Origin: Eledone cirrhosa
Taxonomy: Eukaryota
Assembly (NCBI GenBank): GCA_964016885.1
Contig: OZ024753.1
Location: forward strand, 36,332,001 to 36,396,000
Reading direction: 5' to 3'
Length of the DNA: 64,000 bases
Position numbers and translations under genes: made by a program. Within the stretch, counting starts at the first letter, position 1. Every line of letters begins with the position of its first letter. Below, piece by piece: positions 55,755 through 64,000 of the stretch. Under the pieces are notes generated by a model that did not search any database, was not told the origin of the DNA, and saw only the letters and a program-made list of their open reading frames with translations.

Positions 55755-56227
55755 TGAGGATATATACATATATACACAAGTATAGACATATATATCAGGG
55801 AGTCCAGTAGATACCAATTTTGCTCGAGTGCTCGAGGAAGGAATTAATAAGAATTAATTATTCATAGCATAATACAAATTATATTTGGGAAACGCAAATG
55901 AGATAAAGAAATATTTACCTACTCAGAAAATCACTACTGCAGTTTCATTGAGCAAAACTCCGCATTTTGAGCTGTGAAAATCACAACTCATTAGGGAACA
56001 TTTTCAAACAAGAAAATGGCTTGACAAATTTCAAAATTGCGTTGAATTTTTTAGTAGTGTGATTCGTCTCTAATGAGCGACATCCTATGTGACCCACTGC
56101 TCGAAAAAGGTTGCCCATGCCTGCTCTATATTGTTGCCCAGACGTTATGGCTTTAAGAAAATGACCGAATGAGTTGAGCAATGGATATATATAATGTAGT
56201 ATTAAGTTAAATCCCTTTGACGATATT

Positions 56228-56410
56228 GGTTTCTGATTTAGACACAAGGCCAACAATTTCGGGGAAGGGGAAAGTCGATTAAATCACCTCCAGTACATTA
56301 CTGGTACATTATTTTATCTACCTCGTTAGGATGGAAAACAAGGCTAACCTCAGCAGGATTTGAACTCAGATCGTAAAGGGCCGTACCTCTATGCCATAAA
56401 GCATGCTGTC
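56228..56410 (-). mobile_element. Diverged Nin-like SINE copy
   Basis: Consensus match with GGGGAAAGTCGATTAAATC tail. Confidence 0.75.
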
Positions 56411-56725
56411 CCACTGACGACTTTCACCCTTTCACATGAAATGTGTAGTGGTGAGCTTAATTCATCTTTTTAGAAATAGCAGCCAAAGGGAGAGAGAGAA
56501 AGACACACACACACGCACATACACACACACACACACACGTATATATATATATATACACATACATGTACACGTGTCTGTGTGTATAGTATACAACTACTCA
56601 TATAGACACTTATAATTTCTCATATTGTTCTATTTTTCCCCATTGTCCGTTTTTACTATTTCTGAAAACGATCTTCACTTCTTGATCTGTAATTCTTGGT
56701 TCTTTTGCTCTTCTTTGCTTATATT

Positions 56726-56828
<103 letters not shown>

Positions 56829-56919
56829 CTCTTTCTTTAGTTATTTATCTATTTATTGATAGTTTTCTTCGCTTTCGATATTTCAAAATATATTCTGATA
56901 TTTCCCTTTTCCTCTGCTA

Positions 56920-56983
<64 letters not shown>

Positions 56984-56997
56984 CTGTGAATCTATAC

Positions 56998-57038
<41 letters not shown>

Positions 57039-57226
57039 CATGTATATATACATAAATATGTTAGTATGTATGTATGTGTATATATTTAATTGGCGGTAGC
57101 ACTAAGCTAGCGTTTAAGCATAATAGAAGTGTATAAGAAAGGATATATAAACATATGTTTATTGTATATAAACGTATTATATATGTTTATATATGTTTAT
57201 GTTTTCATATACACCTCTCTCTCTCT

Positions 57227-57303
<77 letters not shown>

Positions 57304-57363
57304 TATATATATATGTGTGTGTGTGTGTGTCTGTCATTTGCTTTGTTATATCTCTGTAAATTT

Positions 57364-57395
<32 letters not shown>

Positions 57396-58404
57396 GTACA
57401 AATATTGTCGTTGTAATGGTTGCTGTGATTAATTTGTTTTTATTATTATTTAGGCGGGAAAGATAAGTAGGGAATGAATGAATGTAGCTCACGTGTCTAA
57501 GAGAGCATGTTAGCATGGTTTAAAGTGATGTTGGATACAATGGCAGCAAAGTTAACGAATTATTTTTCAAGAGTCTCACACTAAACCTCGCTATTATTGG
57601 TCAACAGCGAGTGTTTTCTATAGAATAAATGACTGACTGTCGGACAGCTTAGTTGTTTAGGTTTGTTAGATGACTGGATGGCTGGTTGGCTGGTTGGCTT
57701 GCTGGCTGGTTGGTTGTTTAACTGACTGAACGACCGGCCGGCAGGCTGGCTGGCTGGCTGGCAGATTTGTTGACTGTTTGAATGGCTAGCTTGCTATGTG
57801 GAAAGGTGGCTGACTGGTTAGCTGGCAGGATAGCCGGGATGGATGGAGGGATGGCTGGTTGGACGGATGGCTGGACAGAGGGGGGTCAGGATGTCTAATT
57901 GGCTGGCTAACTGGCTGGCTGGTTGGCAAGCAAGATGTCTGACGGCTGGATAGATGGCTGCAAAGATGGCAGATTTGGAATCAGGCTGGCTAGTAGGTAG
58001 ATAGTTGGCTGGCTGGAAGTTGTTATATATGGTGTGTGTATGTTGGACCTCCGTCGGATACAACGATGTGTGTTCCAGTTGTTCGATCAATGGACCAAAC
58101 TGCTAGTAAATTCAACCTGAAGTAGCTGAGCAGTTCACAAACACGTGCTACCACATTGAGCTTCAATGTGACACAGGGTGTGACAAGAATGGCCCTTTAA
58201 ATAACACACATAGTCCATCTGATGCGTTTCCAAACAGTTTCGTCGGTGTACCCAACTCCACTCACAAAGCATGTGAGCGGATTTACCCGAGGCCATGGTA
58301 AATGACACTTGCCAAAACACAGACACACACAAACGCATACATACACACACACACAGTAGTAGCAGCAGTAATAGTAGTAGATACATACATATATGCGAGT
58401 ATAC

Positions 58405-58444
<40 letters not shown>

Positions 58445-58619
58445 TATATGATGATGATGGCTCCAACTCAATTTCGAGTAATACCATCGTTTGATACTTA
58501 AGCATGAGCCTAACGGACGTCGTTTTTTTAGTGCTGCTAGGGACCTGCCTAGGGCCAGCAATACCACCCAATAAATTGTTTTTTGCGTGAAGCAAAATAC
58601 ACCTAGACTTCATTAAGAT

Positions 58620-58677
<58 letters not shown>

Positions 58678-58718
58678 GATATTAACAAATGGAAACTATA
58701 TTTATAAAACCATATTTA

Positions 58719-58779
58719 TTTCATTATACATATTTCAAGGATACCAAGTTAAATTATGGTGTGCTTTCATCTGATAAAA
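58719..58779 (-). ncRNA. Family D hammerhead, U4A in this copy
   Basis: Minus strand: ttttat-CAGATGA-aagcacacca-taatttaact-tggtatcctt-GAAA-tatgta-TA-atgaaa. Confidence 0.6.
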
Positions 58780-58960
58780 GATAATATTTTAAAATATAAT
58801 AGTTTTATAAATAAATATTTACATACCCTTAAAGAATGCAACCATTACTGTTGGAAGCTCCCGGATAATATCGTATTTTTACTCCAATTATTTGTTGAGT
58901 GCTTTATATCAGTTATAAAAATATTTGCTTGTTGTATCCCAACAATTTAAATAGAACTTT

Positions 58961-59010
<50 letters not shown>

Positions 59011-59150
59011 TAAGAATATTTTCGAAACAGCGAGTGGGTTTGAAATTATTAGAAATCTAAGCTATCGCCTTATTTTGACTAAAGAAATTAAAAAAATTAT
59101 TTAGCCTAGTGGGGTTAAGAACCCTCGGAGAAATGGAATAAGATGAGTAT

Positions 59151-59215
59151 TGACGTACATGGGAGTCGAACCCATATCTTTGGTTATCCGGACCACTGTG
59201 CTACCATTTACACCA

Positions 59216-59216
<1 letters not shown>
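59151..59216 (-). other. tRNA-like sequence (SINE head or tRNA pseudogene)
   Basis: Minus strand GGTGTAAATGGTAGCAC D-arm/A-box and ATGGGTTCGACTCCCAT T-arm/B-box; acceptor stem 5' side lost into (TG)n. Confidence 0.5.
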
Positions 59217-59248
<32 letters not shown>

Positions 59249-59682
59249 CATATGTCGTGCACAGGTCAGCATTTTTAGCTAGTCTCATTATGTGAGAGTA
59301 TATTGTGTGTATATTACTCCATTATGCCTACAAACTGTAAACATACACGCGACACTTGACCGTATGTGTCGATCACGTGTCGGTCTCTATGACGTCGCGA
59401 TCACGTGCACATCAACTCTCGAAGTAGCTCTTCAGAGGTTTTCTCTGACTTCCTGTGCAGAATGAATTTGTTAAGTGGATAAACAGATTTCATTTCATAC
59501 ATATATTTATTTCAGTGTGTGCGTCTCTTGCATCTGTGTAGTATATGTTAATATATATATATAAATAAGTGGTAGAAATTACTGACCTTCCTGTTTATAG
59601 TTGTTTATACTATATACATAACTATAAATAGTATTATTATTATATGTACATATAATGTATATATAATGTATATATATATATA

Positions 59683-60058
<376 letters not shown>

Positions 60059-60084
60059 CATATATATATATATATATATATATA

Positions 60085-60148
<64 letters not shown>

Positions 60149-60154
60149 CATATA

Positions 60155-61258
60155 TAACTTTGATAACTTTGATAGGTTTCGGCCATGTCTAACTTAATAG
60201 CACCACCTGGCGAAGTCCTACAAATCAGTGTTTGGGCACCATGGCCCACTCGAGCAGAGAGTTATTGTTTAGGAGGCTTATCCGGGATTTCTTGAAGGAA
60301 TTTATCCTAAGTCTTCTTCAACTTGATGGGGTCTGTCTCTGCTTTGATGTGTCTTGGTGTAATGTTAAAGAGTGCAGGGCCAATTGAGGTGAAATAATTG
60401 TGCCGTATTGTTGTTATGTGATGCGAGTGAGATTTTTGTCGTGGGCGGATAGCACGGGGCCCAAGCCTTGGGTGTACACTAAAGGTGATGCCAACATCAT
60501 TTGGGCAAAGCTGATGGAATATTTTCCACATAATACAGATAATGTAGCGCTCACGGCGACGTTGGAGAGAATAAAGTTTGAGCTTTTCTAATCGACTCCA
60601 ATAGTCAAGGCCTGTCATGTCATCTATCTTTTTTGTAATTGACCTTTGGGGTGCTTCAACTTTCATAATACTTTGTTTCGTGTGGGGTGACCACAGTGGA
60701 CAACAGTATTCAAGGTGGGGTCGGGCAAAAGTGGAGAAGAGAAGGGTAACAGTGTGGATATCTCTCGACTGGAAAGTTCTAAGAATCCAGGAACACATTC
60801 TGCGGGCCATATCAACTTTGCTGTTTATATGAGTGGCCCAGCTTATGTTGTAGTCCACAATTACTCCCAGGTCTCTGATGTTATTGGATGCCACTAGAGT
60901 TTCACCCGAAGGGAGAGAGTATGGTAGTTTCATGTCATCCTTTTTTTCCAAAATGGATTAATTCAAATTTATCCTCATTCAACAGCATATTATTCATTTC
61001 TGCCCATTGGATAACAGCCAGTAGGTCTGACTGACGGCAAGTCCGGTCACCCACCTCACTGATGACCCTTTGGAGCTTGGAATCATCTGCGAAGATTCTG
61101 ATGTTGCTGTGCGTGATGATGTCAGTAATGTCATTAATGTAGATGATGAAAAGAGGTGGGCCCAACACAGTGCCTCGTGGGACGCCACTGCTGACTTTGG
61201 CAGGGCTTGATTTTACTCCTTCGACTACAACATGCTGGGTCCTGCCTGTCAGGAAACA
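60155..61258 (-). mobile_element. 5'-truncated CR1-clade LINE (RT C-half, 3'UTR, tandem tail), frameshifted
   Basis: [40 protein letters not shown]; RDLGVIVD; RPHLEYCCPLWSP; LYSLQRRRERY; frameshift near 60945; tail (TATCAAAGT)n. Confidence 0.9.
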
Positions 61259-61331
61259 TTTATATATATATGTTTATTTATAAATATATATATGTATATA
61301 TATATATATGTTTATGTATATATATATATAT

Positions 61332-61389
<58 letters not shown>

Positions 61390-61649
61390 GTTCTATTTAA
61401 ATTGTTGGGATACAACAAGCAAATATTTTTATAACTGATATAAAGCACTCAAAAAATAATTGGAGTAAAAATACGATATTAACAAATGGAAACTATAATA
61501 TTTATAAAACCATATTTATTTTATTATACTGTTTGGTATATTATATTTGGTATATTATATTTGGTATATTATATTTGCTTTGGTGTCCTTGAAATATGTA
61601 TAATGAAATAAATATGGTTTTATAAATATAATTTCCATTTGTTAATATC

Positions 61650-61704
<55 letters not shown>

Positions 61705-61780
61705 TATGTAGGCATATATGCATATATATATGTAAAGAAAAAAATTTGAAAATGTAATTGAAATCTTTTAAACATATTTA

Positions 61781-61824
61781 TTTACTATACCGGTTTCACA
61801 GTTCTCATGATTATCAAAAGTAAA
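61781..61824 (-). ncRNA. Divergent family B hammerhead, U3:A8 core
   Basis: Minus strand: tttactt-TTGATAA-tcatgagaactgt-GAAA-ccgg-TA-tagtaaa, then ATAAA. Confidence 0.6.
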
Positions 61825-61860
61825 ATGGCGATGGAGGGTTTGTGTTTCTGTTGTAGACTG

Positions 61861-61932
<72 letters not shown>

Positions 61933-62181
61933 AGTGTAACTTGGAGTTACTGCAGGTTCACCCGGGTGAGCACTCGATGTTTAGGTTCACTAACTTTACC
62001 ATATAACATGTATTCATTTTCCCCTAGCATTTTAAATAGTCCGTCGAGCTGCCGATTATAGAGTCGGGTAAGATCGATACAGATCAAACCTTGAGCTGAT
62101 CAGTGGCGAAACACGCGTCACCGACCAATAAATGTAATGAAGGAGTAACCAATCGTCCTTGTTATCCTTTCAATACACACA

Positions 62182-62248
<67 letters not shown>

Positions 62249-62417
62249 TAAGTTATCGTTTTAGGTAATCCAGCTAGAGGTTGTGAGTACTCTGTACTAT
62301 GGATAGTTTTAACGTACGGCGTTAAAATTTCGAGTGATCAACTGTAAATAAAACCCTTTTTGTACAGCCGACCATGTTATTCTTCACTCTTTCACTATAT
62401 ATATATGTATGTGTGTG

Positions 62418-62449
<32 letters not shown>

Positions 62450-62861
62450 GCGTGAGTGTGTGTGTGTGTATATACTCGTATAGTATACATATAAATCGGT
62501 ATTTTTACGTTTCTCTTAACACATTAAATAGTTCAAGCTAACATTGTTGTTATATTTTAACAGACAATACCAGAAACACACTCTCACACAAAAGAAGTGA
62601 ATAACGAAAGACATGGTATATAACAGAGGATACAACGTAAGCAAACAAAAGCCTGTGAGATCTGGCAAGTAGTTGAGGGAAGTGTATCTACTCGAACAAA
62701 AATATATCAAGAGCCTGGCCCTCAAGCAATTGCCTTACCCCTGAAACTAACCCTAGTTTGTCACTCGTATTGCTAGAATAACACACGTCCTTTTTTTTTT
62801 GTCCTCTTCAGAAGTAATTTTTCTTTTCTTGTTCATCTATCTATATGTCTGTCTGTCTGTC

Positions 62862-62901
<40 letters not shown>

Positions 62902-64000
62902 ATGCCCCCCCCCCCCTCCCTCTCTATCTATCTATCTATCTTTATTTTATTGCAGAAATGGCTTCTACGTGACTAGAACTGTTTCATTCGTAACGAATGC
63001 TAGTGATTTCTTACGAATGAAACAATTCTAGTCCTGTAAATTATGATAGAAATTCGGTAAATTCTTAGAACACCCCCTTGATTTTATATATTTCTTTGGT
63101 TTGTTTGAGACCTATCAATTAATCTCATCTCTGACTATGCTGCAAAGGATTTTTCTCCGGAAAATGGAAGAGAGTGCAGATCCTCAGACTTTTCCCCTCC
63201 CATGAAGTTTTCTATAAAAAAAAAAATTTTTTTTTTTTTCATGGGATTCCCTAAACCTAACCCTAACTTAAGACTTCTGTTTTCCAAAATGGAGTCGGAT
63301 ATTTTTCGAAAAGGGGGCAGCTGCGGTAAAATTTCAACAGTTATGTGGTTGCTCTACATGCTAGAAATAGCAGCAAAATCTTTACGTTTTCTGAAAAAGA
63401 TTCATTGCTCTAGTTTTATGAGACCTTCTTCCAAATGAAGATTTTTTTTCACCGAAAATTAGCCTCAAGCGTCAGTTTTGTTTGTTGTTTACGAAAAATA
63501 AACAGAAGTTAATGCAGTATGTGTGTGCTATTAGACAGACATACATACCCCCCCCCCCTGGATTTTCTATAGCAACCTTTTTCTAGGTGCGTTTATGGCA
63601 GATCAATTTTTTGTGTGGAACTATCAATAGCTGTTTAAGTCATAAGTCCTTCTTCCATCCAGCTTTCTTCATTCAGAATGAATAAGCCGGGGAAGTTTGA
63701 GCTCGAAGAGTATCGAACTTATTCAACAGACTTATGAATAAGAATAGCAAACTTACTGCCTTAACGCTCAAGAACAAACACAGAACAATTGAGCAAGTCA
63801 TCGCAATTATTGAAGAAATTATAACCGAGTGAGCATATTCAGGTTCTGTTGAAGCACCCTGTATATCACCGTTTGTAAAGCCCTTCGAATGACTGAAGCA
63901 ATTCAATAAAACCATCCCGTTTTCCCCCTATAGTAGACATCTGAACTACCCTAAATCGTCACCCTACGTCCTTTTTTCATGATATATTTAAGTTGGGCGA

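Noticed and set aside
55960-56127. hAT-like terminus (CAGGCATGGGCAAC on the minus strand)
   Set aside because: No matching second TIR or 8-bp TSD found; too weak to annotate
59151-59216. Functional tRNA gene
   Set aside because: Acceptor stem incomplete and anticodon arm imperfect; kept only as tRNA-like

Overview
Eukaryotic, AT-rich, microsatellite-saturated intergenic/intronic DNA. The SINE families look cephalopod (octopus-like); this is an inference from recognition, not a database result. I recognise no intact host protein-coding gene, and nearly all listed ORFs are translations of simple repeats. Transposon content: many tRNA-derived SINEs, 3' fragments of CR1-, L1/Tx1-, RTE- and RLE(R4/Dong)-type LINEs, a mariner derivative, a thrice-repeated ~600-bp RTE-derived element in (TATG)n, and a decayed Penelope-like (GIY-YIG, Naiad-like) element at 49.7-52.0 kb. 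The main hidden signal is about 20 type I hammerhead ribozyme (HHR) motifs, folded by eye on both strands. They sit inside short elements inserted in (TA)n tracts, often as inverted pairs. Several families carry non-canonical cores: compensatory U3:A8 in place of C3:G8, and U4A. A YY1/ETS promoter-like island with a possible first micro-exon lies at ~54.7-55.0 kb. No ribozyme activity has been tested.
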